Assembly (NCBI RefSeq): GCF_009834535.1
Contig: NC_045696.1
Location: 22,818,001-22,882,000, forward strand
DNA: 64,000 bases
Reading direction: 5' to 3'
Origin: Camelus ferus
Lineage: Eukaryota
Within the stretch, counting starts at the first letter, position 1; the number at the start of each line of letters is the position of its first letter. Both the position numbers and the translations under genes were made by a program. This document shows, piece after piece, positions 26,471-38,303 of this stretch. A model generated the notes under the pieces. It worked only from the letters and a program-made list of their open reading frames with translations, searched no databases and had not been told where the DNA came from.

Positions 26471-28289
26471 TCTAGGAGCACCTAGAAATCATGATTAATT
26501 TGGGAACTACTAAAGTGCTTGCATGAATGTGGATATCATAAAATGATTTCTCCTTGTGACCGTCCATAAAAGTCAAACCCATACCCATCAAAAAATTATT
26601 GCAGCAAACAGGAGTTATCATAATTCTTCTTTTAAAGAATTTAATATGCATTAAAAAAGTAAAATATTTCATTGAAATTAATTTGAAGATACCCAACAGA
26701 ACATTTAAGACCTATGTGGGTAGGTGAGGAAGTATTTTGATGAGGGTGATACACAGAGGAAGCATCCCAAAAGGAAATATCATTTGACTTTTTCCCACCA
26801 TGAACATACTGCTGATTCATGCCTCAGTCTCTAGTCCTTCAAGCTGGCAGAAGGTATCAACCCAGTGGCTTTCTGACTCCAAATGCCTCACTTTAAATCC
26901 ATCCTTCACCCTCTCATAATCTGAAGACCCGATAACATGCTAGCCATCCTCCAATTCTGTGTCTTAGTGACTTGCATGGGCATCCCTACATAAAGAACCA
27001 AAAGATTTCAGTGCCTCAGAGACTAAACTTGCAATGAAAATATCCACAGTCTACCTATGTTTATCTCTCTAGCCCTCTCCTCTCACACTCTACGCCTGAG
27101 ACGGACTATACAGAGATGGAATGCCCTTGCCTCTGTGAAATCAGCACAATCTTAATTGAGATGACTTACAAATATGTATAAATGGATACTCTTACCCCTG
27201 AATGATTTCCTCATGTTCCCAAGGATAACTGACTCCTCTGCCAGCCTTTCGTTGCATTTCCATTGTGCTCATTATGATTTCTATCAGAGACGTGCAATAA
27301 AAGAGAGAAAACAAAGCCTTGTATAAACTATCTCTCATCCCAAGACTGTAATCTCCTTCTTGGCAAGGATCACACATTATTTATCTCTTTGTTCTCAGAA
27401 CTCACACTCAGTAACACTCAAAATATACTAGTTAAAGAAATAAAAAGAATTGATAAAAAAATTATTTGAGGCACTTCTACGTTTTTATAAGATGATTATT
27501 TTCTTATCTTATTTAGTCATCTAATATATTTTTGTTTACTCCATTAAACAGATTTAGCCATTCATTCAACTCCTCCCTAGGCTCGCACCAAATCCTTTGT
27601 CACTTATTTTTTCTTTCTGACATAAACAAATTAAAAATTTATCCTCCTTTTGTCACCATTATCTGTTCACTTTCTTTGGTATATTTATTTTTATATAATG
27701 TTCACTGTGAGCAATGACATTTATATGTTTCAATGACCATCACATAACATATTTAAAATATCTCTCCATCTATTATATTACCATATTCCTTTGTGAGGAA
27801 ATAATCATACAATTATGCAAAATGCTCTCATGTGACTTTTGAATGATAGAATTAATCAGGAGTATCTGGAGTTTCTATCTCAGGGCCAGAGTTAAGATGT
27901 TATTAAAATATCTGACAACTAGTAAAGTAGCACTTGGAACTGGAGGAAAGAGAGAGCATTCCATAATTATTCGTGAAATTAATGCCTTCATAAATCCAGA
28001 ATAAACGTATAGTAATGGGATTATTTGGAAAGAATAATTGGATTAAAGTTAATATGGTAAGAACACATGAAATAACCATATTTAAATGAAATATAAATCA
28101 TGTAAATCACTAGACCAAGGAAGAGAAGGTTAATCAGGTTTTTAGTCAACCTAAAGAAATTTTAAATAAAGATAAGGGTGACAAGCACATATCAAAATGA
28201 GAATGCTGATGACAGAGAAGTTCAACAGCAAGAGATCTCATAGCGTGGTCTTCTGTGATAAAGGTAACATTTCCCAAGGCAGACATCGG

Positions 28290-28660
28290 CTCTGATACTT
28301 GCTGATAGGGAAAAATTAGATGGACTTCTTAGAGTAGAAGGGAACCTTGAGGAAACAATCACAAGTTGATGAAATTGAATTCCTTTCCCTAAGGGAAGGG
28401 AATGGAAATGTCAGCAAGATTAAGACAATTAACTTTAGGAAGCTAATTGTATCATGCTTGAAAACTAGCATCCTGGATCCTTGGGCTTCTCTTAGAACGT
28501 GTAGAGCAAAAAAGTTGGCTATCAAGAAGAATATAGTTCTGCCCATTCAAAACAAATTATACCAGGATATTTGAAAGCCAAGAAGGAAAACCAGCCAATA
28601 TGACTAAACTCAGAACTTTGGGTGAAGTTGAAGGGCAAATAAGAAGGTCATACGTAGTTA
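28290..28660 (+). mobile_element. CR1/L3 LINE ORF2 fossil (endonuclease C-terminus and linker)
   Basis: Frameshifted translation LILADREKLDGLLRVEGNLEE / IEFLSLREGNGNVSKIKTINFRK..PW / SWL / KQIIP..KENQPI*LNSELWVKLKGK is collinear with recalled CR1 ORF2 motifs. Confidence 0.72.
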
Positions 28661-28711
28661 CATTTAGGAAAAAAACATTGCAAAAGTGAATAGCAGAATC
28701 AGAGCAAACTG

Positions 28712-28840
28712 AATACCAAATAATCAAATAACAAAATAGAATTTTCTTTTTTCAGAGAGAGAGAAAAACCAGAGAGAGAGAAATACCAAATAATCAAATA
28801 CAAAATAGAATTTTCTTTTTTCAGAGAGAGAGAAAAACCA
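28712..28840. repeat. Near-perfect 60-bp direct duplication with a 10-bp (GA)5 spacer
   Basis: 28712-28771 and 28782-28840 are identical except for one missing A. Confidence 0.97.
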
Positions 28841-28854
28841 TAACTAAAGTGATA

Positions 28855-28985
28855 TGAATATATTCATTCCACAGATATTTATTGAGAGCCTCCTGTGTGT
28901 CAGGTATTGCTTTAGGCACTGGACACTCATGAGTGAACATAACAAAAAACATTCCTCCCTTGTGGACTTAACGTTCTTAATGTAT
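28855..28985 (-). mobile_element. L2 3' end
   Basis: attcattccacagatatttattgagagcctcctgtgtgtcaggtattgctttaggcactgg. Confidence 0.8.
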
Positions 28986-30252
28986 TATAACCACATCATG
29001 AAATTCATTAAAACGTCTCCCAGTATATTCCTTGATGTTGTATTCAGTTCAGTTCCATACACTTTTCATATATGTATTTAATTTTTTGTAGTGATTCTTT
29101 CTAATCTAAAATGATAACCCTGGGAACAGAAATCCTTTATAAATTCTATTCACTCAAGTAAGAAGAATTAATACATTTTTGAATATTCAATAAGGGTTGA
29201 AATGCAAACTTGTTGTTGTTGTTATTTATCCACTTAACCAGATAATCCTGATACAATGAACACTACTTTTTGCCTTCACAATATATCTACTCTTTTTTTT
29301 TTTCCTCAAGAACATCCTACCCCACCAACGCACACGTAGCTAGATATCTTGATGAGGTAAATTCCACTCTTCCCCCTGGAAGAGAATGATGATGGTTCAA
29401 GGGATAATCCCATTCGTCTTACCAGTGACTGGTTCAGTAATGTACATGTGACCCTCCTTTGGTTCATTAGCATTTACTTATGGAGGTTCCAAATTATTCT
29501 ATTGACAATGACACACTCGTCATCATTGAAAAATACATACATAAAAAATAAAACAAAACCCCACTTTGATCTCATCCCTGAAAATATAGCAGGGCATATT
29601 TTTTAAAACCTTACTTTAACAAGTCTGTTGATGTTTCTTTTGTCTCATCTATCACTTAGTTAAATTTAAAAAAAAAAATTACAGCTGGTATGAGAAGGTC
29701 ATGATTGCTCAGTGGAACTGCTTTCCTAGGTGATTTAAAATTGATTGATGTTCTATTTGACAGTCCTTTCCTAACTGATTTTACTCACACTTACCAAATA
29801 GTTCCCAGGAGACCTATGACTCAAACCCTGGCTCCCTCTTAAGTTTCAGACTTACACCCTCGACTGTTTCTCTGAGTGTAAAAGACATGTCTTGCTCATA
29901 CAGCGAACCTAAAATGTCTTAAACTGCACCTCTGGTCTTCTTGGCCTCAGTGAGCCCCACTACCTTTGTTTTCCACCATGGTTTACACAGCCCCGCTACC
30001 CTCAGGTTAAGTGACCAGAAGCCACACTATCAATTTCTCATTTATTCCTGAAAACAGCTTGGCTATTAGGACTTGGTATTTCTAAATCTAAATTTTTCTC
30101 TCAAATTAATCCACTCTTTTCCCTTTCTGTAGCTGATGCCTTATTCAGGAACCTAATAAGCCCCTGGATTTCCCAGTAGTGATTTAACTGGTCTCGCCTC
30201 CTGCCCCCTCTTCCTCATACTGCTATTAAGCCATTTTCCTACCAGGGATGGA

Positions 30253-30321
<69 letters not shown>
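30253..30321. repeat. (TG)n microsatellite inside an L2 remnant
   Basis: About 34 TG units with two TT interruptions. Confidence 0.97.
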
Positions 30322-31574
30322 AAGTTCCAAAAGCTTGGCAGAACATCAAGGTCAACCATGATCTGACACTTACAACTTTTTCCAGACTTGACCCCATTTT
30401 ATTCTCCTTCATGAACCCTGTGTTACTGTCAACCCAGGACATTCATCATTTCCAGAACATGCTTTTCTTTCTTCCTCTGTTCACAGTGTTTTGGGGGGTG
30501 CTATTTCCTTGGGGCTCTTTCTTTTGAAATACCATCCACTCTCTAAACTTTACCTTCACTTTAGAATTTTTTTCTGATTTCCAATTTTTTTCTGATATCA
30601 TTCTCTTCCTCGTTGTCATGACAACAGGTTTTGTTTGGGCTGCCTCTGGATTGGCAGAGTCCTGAGATAAAAAGAGTGTGATTCCTTGAATTATCACAAG
30701 AGGAGAGCAGCCAGATGAAAAGCAGCCCCTTTCTTGAACTCTTAAGGGTTTAATAAATAAATGTCTGTTGTTTTTGATCCTTCGTATATGTTGGGATATA
30801 TTTCTTAACACAGACCATTCTACCAAATATAATACTACAATATTTTCTTCAGTCTTTAATTCTTATGCAATAAAGCACTATAAACAAGAAAAAATCAGGA
30901 AATAACAAAGATGTTCCAAAGAATTACGTGGAATAAACAGAGGGGAAAAAAATGGAAAATACTCATTTAAGTATTACAGCTTTTCAAGGCTGTTTGACTT
31001 TGCCTGGTTTATTATAATCCTATTTGTCAAATAAGCTTTCTTCCAGTTAAGGACAGCTTCCATGCTATCAACTTTCTGAACATTTGGCTTATTAATTCTC
31101 ATTCACTTTAGAATGAAGAATTTTATTTTTGTTATAAGAAAGAAAAAATAGTTTTGTCCACATCAGTTATGATTGAAACAGCTCTGCCACTTGGTGACAT
31201 GTATTCAAATTTCAGTTTTAGTACTGTTTTCTAATATTAAAACTGCAAAAATAATGAGATAATGTCCGTCATGTCAAATTGTGTAGCCTTTCATATCTTT
31301 TTCTTCTGCATTTCTCAGCCAGCTAAAGCATTTTTAGTTCTCATTTTGTATTGAATGTTTTAAATTGGCTGCAGTTTCTAAAAAAAAAAAAAAAACAGAT
31401 GTGATTCATTTTGGACAGGACTTAAATGTATAAATTTCACATGAGTTTAGAGGCCACTAAAATCATGAAAGAAGCATCTCATGACTTATAAACACAACTC
31501 ATTCTGGGTGAATAACCATTCAAGGTGATAAGGGCAAGAGAAATATCTGTGAACGCTTAAGGTACACTATTCTT

Positions 31575-31720
31575 TTTTAAAAATATTTTTAACTTTATTT
31601 TTTCTTTCTTTTTGGGGGAGGGAGGTTATTAGGTTTATTTATTTATTTGGAGGTACTGGGGATTGAACCCAGGACCTTGTGCATGCTAAGCAGGCACTCT
31701 ACCACTGAGCATACCCTCCC
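31575..31720 (-). mobile_element. Camelid tRNA-Ala-derived SINE (vic-1 type, long-tail form)
   Basis: tRNA-Ala(AGC)-like head plus aaataaacctaataacctccc tail and A-rich end. TSD aaggtacactattctt 31559-31574 / aaggtgcactattctt 31721-31736. Confidence 0.94.
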
Positions 31721-34129
31721 AAGGTGCACTATTCTTGGCCAAACTGCAAGCCAAATTCATGATGATTTCACATTGTTATAAATTTTTTTTTTTAATTTAA
31801 AAGAGCAGAATTTGATTTGTTATTCTCCTCCCTCCTTCTGCAGCCTCCTTTGCAGGCGTCACTCTCCGTGTTTGCTCGAAGTCCAAATATCAATCACATT
31901 CCAGGCATTTCTTCTGGCTTTGTGTGTTGTTCTTCTCTTTCCACCCATCTGCCAACCCTGCTTTACCCTAAAGATTCAGACTTTTGCAATTTAAAAATTA
32001 TAAGGCTCTTTAGAAGCTAGATCCTTAATAATCTTATATCAAAACAGGTTTCATTGTGGGGGGAGCATGCGAAACTACTTAAAGCAAAATGCATGGATGC
32101 CAGTGTGCACTTTTTTAGAAAGGAACATTGTTATCACTGAGTAATCTGTTTTTTAAAAAAAAGCTATTGTTATAAAATTCTCCAAATTGTATATTCACAC
32201 ATACAAAAGTGACTGTACCTGAGAACATCAAATTACATCACTTGACTTTCTTCAAACATAGTGGAAATATAGATTTTAGATTAGGAATTTTAAAAATTTA
32301 TCTGCATTGGGGTAACAGTGTATTAATTAAAAAGTTCTTATTCTGAGAAATCACAATAGGTTTACTTGTAACTGGGTTAATTATTCAAACAAAGACTATG
32401 ACAGTAAAGTTATCATAGAAATGCATTTTTTGGTGATGTTAAATCTGTCAATTATTAATATGCCTAAATCGTATAGTAAACTCATTAGTGCAAAGGTATG
32501 ACCCGTAATAATGGGAATTTTGTCATGACAATCATCCGTAGTGTGGAAAGGTATTTCCTCAGGATAAAAATGTGTATGTTCCAGCCAGATCCTGTGGCGC
32601 GGGCCCCAAGAGTGAGGCTTCGTTGTAATAGCTGTAACTGCCTTTTTTTTTTTTTTTTGCATCTTTAAAGTACAAATAAAGATCTGATGCTTCAGTTAAA
32701 TGAGGAAGAGAACATAGTAGGGTTATTTCGAAGATTAAAATCTCATCTAATCAACATGAGGAGAAGTTAGAACTGAATGCTGAAGGATTTTGTAGTGTTT
32801 TTAGAGCTAGAAGAGTACTGTTAACTTCTCACTTAGAATTATTTGGCAGTCATAACTTACTACATATTTCAAAATCCTTCTTTGTAAAGAATCTGGTTAG
32901 TCCACAGATTCACATGAATGCTATGTACACTCTGAGAAAGAATAAAATTGTTCATCATAATTTGAAAATTTCTGAAGTAGAGTTTGCCCACGCAGGCCCT
33001 CCCTCCAAATCATTGCGAGAAATGATACCAAACACTTCAACAAATTTATTAGAGTTCGTTACTCTAGTCTGGCACCAAGTATCGTGGATTTAAGTGTGAA
33101 GGAAGTGTAAAGACAGCCTAAGATATTGTACTGAGGTCTTGTCTACCATGTTGAAAGTATTCATTCCAAAATATTTAAGTAGTTTTTATAAGTAATATTA
33201 AATTTATCTCACATAAAGCCACTGTATAACATGAAAATGGCTGGGAAAGTTGTTCTTTTCATTTAGGAAAACCATGTTAAATTCTTTAATGAATAATTAT
33301 TGAGTTTTTAATTTCTTATTGTGCTTTTGTCAGTGCAACTTTTTTATTACAAAGAAATTCTCTTCCATTTGGATCTTTGGAGCTTACCCATTGCTGTACC
33401 TGAGATTAACATTGCTTGACCTACAGTGGTTTGATAAACATTGTCTTGTCTATTATTCCCCACCCTTTTTTTAAAAAAAAATTTTTATTGTACTTGTCTC
33501 CCTTTGCTTTCATCTGGAGATTTAGAAATTATATATCCTACTTTCATTCTTCCCATTTCTGTTTTGGGTACAGATATTTAACCCTAGTACAGTTTTGTAT
33601 CAATATCTAAAGTTTATCACCAACTATAACCTCTTCCCAATTAAATAAAGAATTTAATCATGCTTTTACTTGCCTCCTACTTCACTTCACCCTTGCCAAC
33701 ACCGGTGTTCAGATCACCTGTATTTTCACCTCCAGTTTACTCAGCTAGTCAGTGTTACTGTCAACATTTAGTTGGTAGTAAATATAAGTTGTACTTGCTT
33801 CTTGGCTTACCATTTTCCTTTGTAATCCAAGTCATCTTTCTTGAAATCTTTTATTGTTCATTTTGTTTCCTTTTGCTCTAGAATTGTTTAATGAGATGCT
33901 GCTCTGTGATTTCCCCCCTCATACACCTCAATATTCTTTGATTTCAAGCTTGGATTTTCCAGGAGCCATTCCTACATATAATAGTCAACATTCTCATGGC
34001 TTAAAAATCTTTCTTTCTAATAAAATCCAATGTTAAAACACATGAGTATGTTTTAAAATCATCTGAATAGATTCAAATGTATATTTTAATTTTCATAGAA
34101 GAATCTCCCATAAAGCAAGTTGAGTTTGT

Positions 34130-34290
34130 GAGTTAGAAGCTAGAAAACTGAGTGACAAAAAATCTCATTCTGGGGCTCTGTCTGCTAATTAGTTCTGTGA
34201 TGTTGAGAAAATTACTAGATTTTTATCGAACTGAATTTCCTCATGTGAAAACTGAGTGATTTCCAACTTGATATTCTCTAATGTTCCTTA
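34130..34290 (+). mobile_element. MIR/MIR3
   Basis: ggctctgtctgctaattagttctgtgatgttgagaaaattac...tttcctcatgtgaaaa. Confidence 0.6.
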
Positions 34291-36773
34291 TACGTTTAAG
34301 TTAGAATTTAATACATTTGGGCAGGATGCTATGATGCATTAAGATACACTTTATCTGAATGTCTAGGGCTGGTCCTGCTCTAGTTTCTATGATTTCTTGC
34401 CTTAAATTCTGAAGGGCACAAAAATAAAGAATAAAGAAGATATTGTGGTATGTCATATATTTACATGAAGTCAATATTTGATAAGTAGTCCAAAAGTTTA
34501 TGAATATTATTCTTCCAAACAACTTTTTCTTATCTATAATTATATCACAAAGGTCAATTGAAAAAGTGTATTATGTCTATCATTCTACATATATTAAAAT
34601 ATTAGGTTTAAACTAAAAATGGAGCAAATATAAATCCTAAATATTGAATAAACTAAAAGCAAAAAATAATTGCATTGAAAGTCCTAAAGCTGAATTTGCA
34701 GTACTTACTTTTTTCCCTTAAAAATGGCAAAAAGCATTGTGCTCAGTAAAACAAGAAAGAAAAAAAAAAAAACAGAAAGAAAGAAACTTTATTTACCAGA
34801 GAAGCCTTTGTTGATCTGCAGATAACGTGAAGTAAAATCACTTGTCATCAGGATTAGTTCTAACAGCATCTGCAGAAACCAAAGGAGAGCCGTGATGTGA
34901 CAGCTCTTTTGGAAACATCCGTCAAAGTCATCTGCTTCCTCTTGTTGTGTCTTTCCTTTTCAAGTATTTCCCCAGCCTGTACATCTGGAGAATCTCCTGT
35001 TCTGTAGTAAATTATCTTTGTTTCATGAAATCTATGCAATTTGTACAACACTTCTCAATCATCATTAAAATAGACAACACCCTGTCTGGGTCACACAGAT
35101 TAGGTCACTGAGTGAGCACTTACCATTCCTTTTTAGCCCCTTTGACCATGGATAATGCCACCACCACAAGGCTTTCAATTTATTTAAAATAGTACTATGT
35201 CGTGTGGTTCACAAATCACAATGATATAAAAAGAAGTCTTGTTCCTACCCTCTCCATACCCACCAGGTTTCTCATCTGTTCTTCCAGCTCCCTATAGCAA
35301 ACATTTCAGTTCTGCATTTTTATAATTAATTTTTTCAATTATTACAATGCCATGGCGATTTTTAAATAGGCAATAATTTTTAAAGATTTTTTTTTAAAAA
35401 ATCCAATATTTAGATTCTTCTAACCCTTAGAGTCCTGAAAATAAATTTCATTGTCATTTATTTGTAGGCTGAAATAAAATAAAAGAACTGGTCTTGACTC
35501 TCAAATGTAATAAACAAATATCAAAAATATGGTTGGTTTTCATTATAATCCACAGTAAAAAAAAAAAAAAAGAGGAATGTACCAATGGAAACTTAAAAAG
35601 TTCAGCATAAAACCCTTTTTATAATAGACCAGACCCTTTTAAAAGAAAAAGGCAAATGTTTGGGTCCATTTACACTGATCTGATTGCATTGGATTCAGAA
35701 AAATAAAGATAAAAAGAATATGTACTGGTAAGAATAAACTTCAAGAAAATGTAACTAGTTGAGAAATATTTGCTATGTGAAAGTAAAGTTTCAGGGGCAG
35801 AAAGGCAGTGACCACAAGTATGTGAGCATGTAAAAATCTAGTTAAAGGAGAAGGCACAGTATCAGTAAATCAAGTCATAAGATCTGCCCACTAAGATGTA
35901 CTGTTTGCTGTAACTCGGAACTTAAGGGAGAAAATAATTCAGGATGAATTATCCAATCTCCTTAGACGATTTGAAGCAATACAACACCAGAAATATTTCA
36001 AAATAAAGTCATTCTGATAGCTGAAGTTTTGTCTCATTTAAACTAAACAGAATCAATTACCGTGGGTGCTTTAAATTACACTTAGTTACATAAATTGGGT
36101 CTTTGGAAGCAGGTATACATACTGAGAGTGAGCAGTTAAATTCCTCAGCTTAATCTCGAAACTTTCCCTTGTGTTTCTGTATAGCTAGTACAAATCTTCC
36201 TCTTGAGCCAGAGCATAATTTTTCTTCAAGGTCCGCAATCTCAGGTCTCCAAATAGCAGGTAAAGAATCAGCCCTGCTATGTTGACAGCCTTAATTGAAT
36301 ATGCTGAATATTAGATTAAAAAATTAAAAGTATAATTCCCTTCACCTTGCAGGGATGTTTTAAATTTAATTACATAAGCCAAAGGAGAGAAAACAATCAG
36401 CCTCATCATACATTAGGAAATGTTTTCATCATTGCCCATCATTCATTAGGTATCATGTCATGTCATATGATTTATTACCAAAGTATTTAGAACAATTTCT
36501 TTTTTTGTCAAAGTTTATTACTAAATAGATGATGTGAAAGTGTAAGATTTGTTTCATTGCCATGAAACTTAGTTTACCATTTAAGTAAAAACACACACAC
36601 ACAAAAAAAAACAAACAAAAAAAAGAAGAGTTTTTTTTAAATTTCACGTTTTGTTTATTTTAATATGGCTACGAATTTACATATTATATTTCTATTGTTC
36701 AGTGTCCACTTAGTGTATCCCCCAAAGTGGCCATCCCAGACTTCTCTCTGCTCAGGTTTGAGCTGAATCCCTC

Positions 36774-37905
36774 TTTTTTTTTAAATTGAGTTATAGTCAG
36801 TTTACAATGTTGTGTCAATTTCCAGCATAGAGCACAATTTTTCAGTTATACATGAACATAACATATATTCATTGTTGCATTCTTTTTCACTGTGAGCTAC
36901 CACAAGATCTTGTATATATTTCCCTATGCTATACAGTAGAATCTTGTTTACTCATTCTACATATGCCTGTCAGTATCTACAAATTTCGAATGCCCATTCT
37001 GTCCCTTCCCACCCCCCTCCCCCCGGCAACCACAAGTTTGTATTCTATGTCTATGAGTCTGTTTCTGTTTTGTATTTATGTTCATTTGTCTTTTTCTTCC
37101 TTTCTTTCTTCCTTTCTTTCTTTCTTTCTTCTTCCTCCTCTTCCTCTTCCCCTTTTCCTCTTCTTCTTCTCTTCCCCTTCTTCTTCTTCTTCCTCTTCCT
37201 CTTCTTCTTCCTCTTCCTCTTCTTCCTCTTCCTCCTCCTCCTCCTTCTCCTCCTTCTTCTTCTTCTTCCTCTTCCCCTTCTTCTTTCTTCTTCTCTTCTC
37301 CTTCTTCCTTCTCCTCCTCCTTCCTCCCTCCTCTCCTTCCTCCTTCTCCTCTCCTCTCTCTTCTTCTTCTTCTTCTTCTCTTCTTCTCTTCTTCTTCTTC
37401 TCTTCTTCTTCTTCTTCTTCCACCACATATGAGCCATCTCATATGGTATTTTTCTTTCTTTTTCTGGCTTACTTCACTTAGAATGACATTCTCCAGGGAC
37501 GTCCATGTTGCTGCAAATGGTGTTATGCAAATTGTTTTTTTTATGGCTGAATAGTATTCCATTGTATAAATATACCACATCTTCTTTATCCAGTCATCTG
37601 TCGATGGACATTTAGGCTGTTTCCATGTCTTGGCTATTGTAAATAGTGCTGCTATGAACATTGGGGTGCAGATGTCTTTCTGAAGTAGGGTTCCTTCTGG
37701 ATATATGCCCAGGAGTGGGATTACTGGATCATATGGTAAGTCTATTCCTAATCTTTTGAGGAATCTCCATACTGTTTTCCACAGTGGCTGCACCAAACTG
37801 CATTCCCACCAGCAGTGTAGGAGTGTTCCCTTTTCTCCACAGCCTCTCCAGCATTTGTCATTTGTGGACTTTTGAATGATGGCCATTCTGACTGGTGTGA
37901 GGTGA
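36774..37905 (-). mobile_element. Young camelid L1: ORF2 cysteine-rich C-terminus and 3' UTR
   Basis: ORF 36957..37886(-) begins [29 protein letters not shown]...[27 protein letters not shown], the ORF2 CCHC region; poly(T) at 36774. Confidence 0.96.
37089..37421. repeat. 333-nt pure pyrimidine tract of (CTT)n/(CCT)n/(CTTT)n
   Basis: No A or G on the + strand between 37089 and 37421. Confidence 0.97.
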
Positions 37906-38303
37906 AAGAAAGAGGCTGGAGGAATAACCCTCCCAGACTTCAGACAATACTACAGAGCTACAGTAATCAAAACAGCATGGTATTGGTACAAAAATAGACA
38001 TATGGACCAATGGAACAGAATAGAGAGCCCTGAAATCAGCCCACAAACTTTTGGTCAACTAATCTTCAACAAAGGAGACAAGAACATACAATGGAATAAA
38101 GACAATCTCTTCAGCAAATGGTGTTGGGAAAACTGGACAGCAGCATGTAAAACAATGAAGCTAGAACACCCCCTTACACCATACACAAAAATAAACTCAA
38201 AATCAATCAAAGACTTAAAACATAAGACAAGATACAAGAAACCTCCTAGAAGAAAACATAGGCAAAACATTATCTCACATACATCTCAAAACTGTTCTCC
38301 TAG
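37905..38303 (+). mobile_element. Inverted L1 ORF2 segment
   Basis: [54 protein letters not shown]...KWCWENW on the + strand, abutting the minus-strand piece. Confidence 0.95.

Noticed and set aside
28712..28840. Repeat-spacer-repeat resembling a CRISPR array
   Set aside because: Only two units, the spacer is copied from the unit, the context is mammalian, and there are no cas genes.
34797..35001. Possible minus-strand exon (ctacag...gtaaat)
   Set aside because: Poor polypyrimidine tract, stops in the frames read, and no known protein match.
36852..37554. Multiple 114-209 aa ORFs on both strands
   Set aside because: Artefacts of the stop-free C/T tract (poly-S/F/L and poly-E/K/R).
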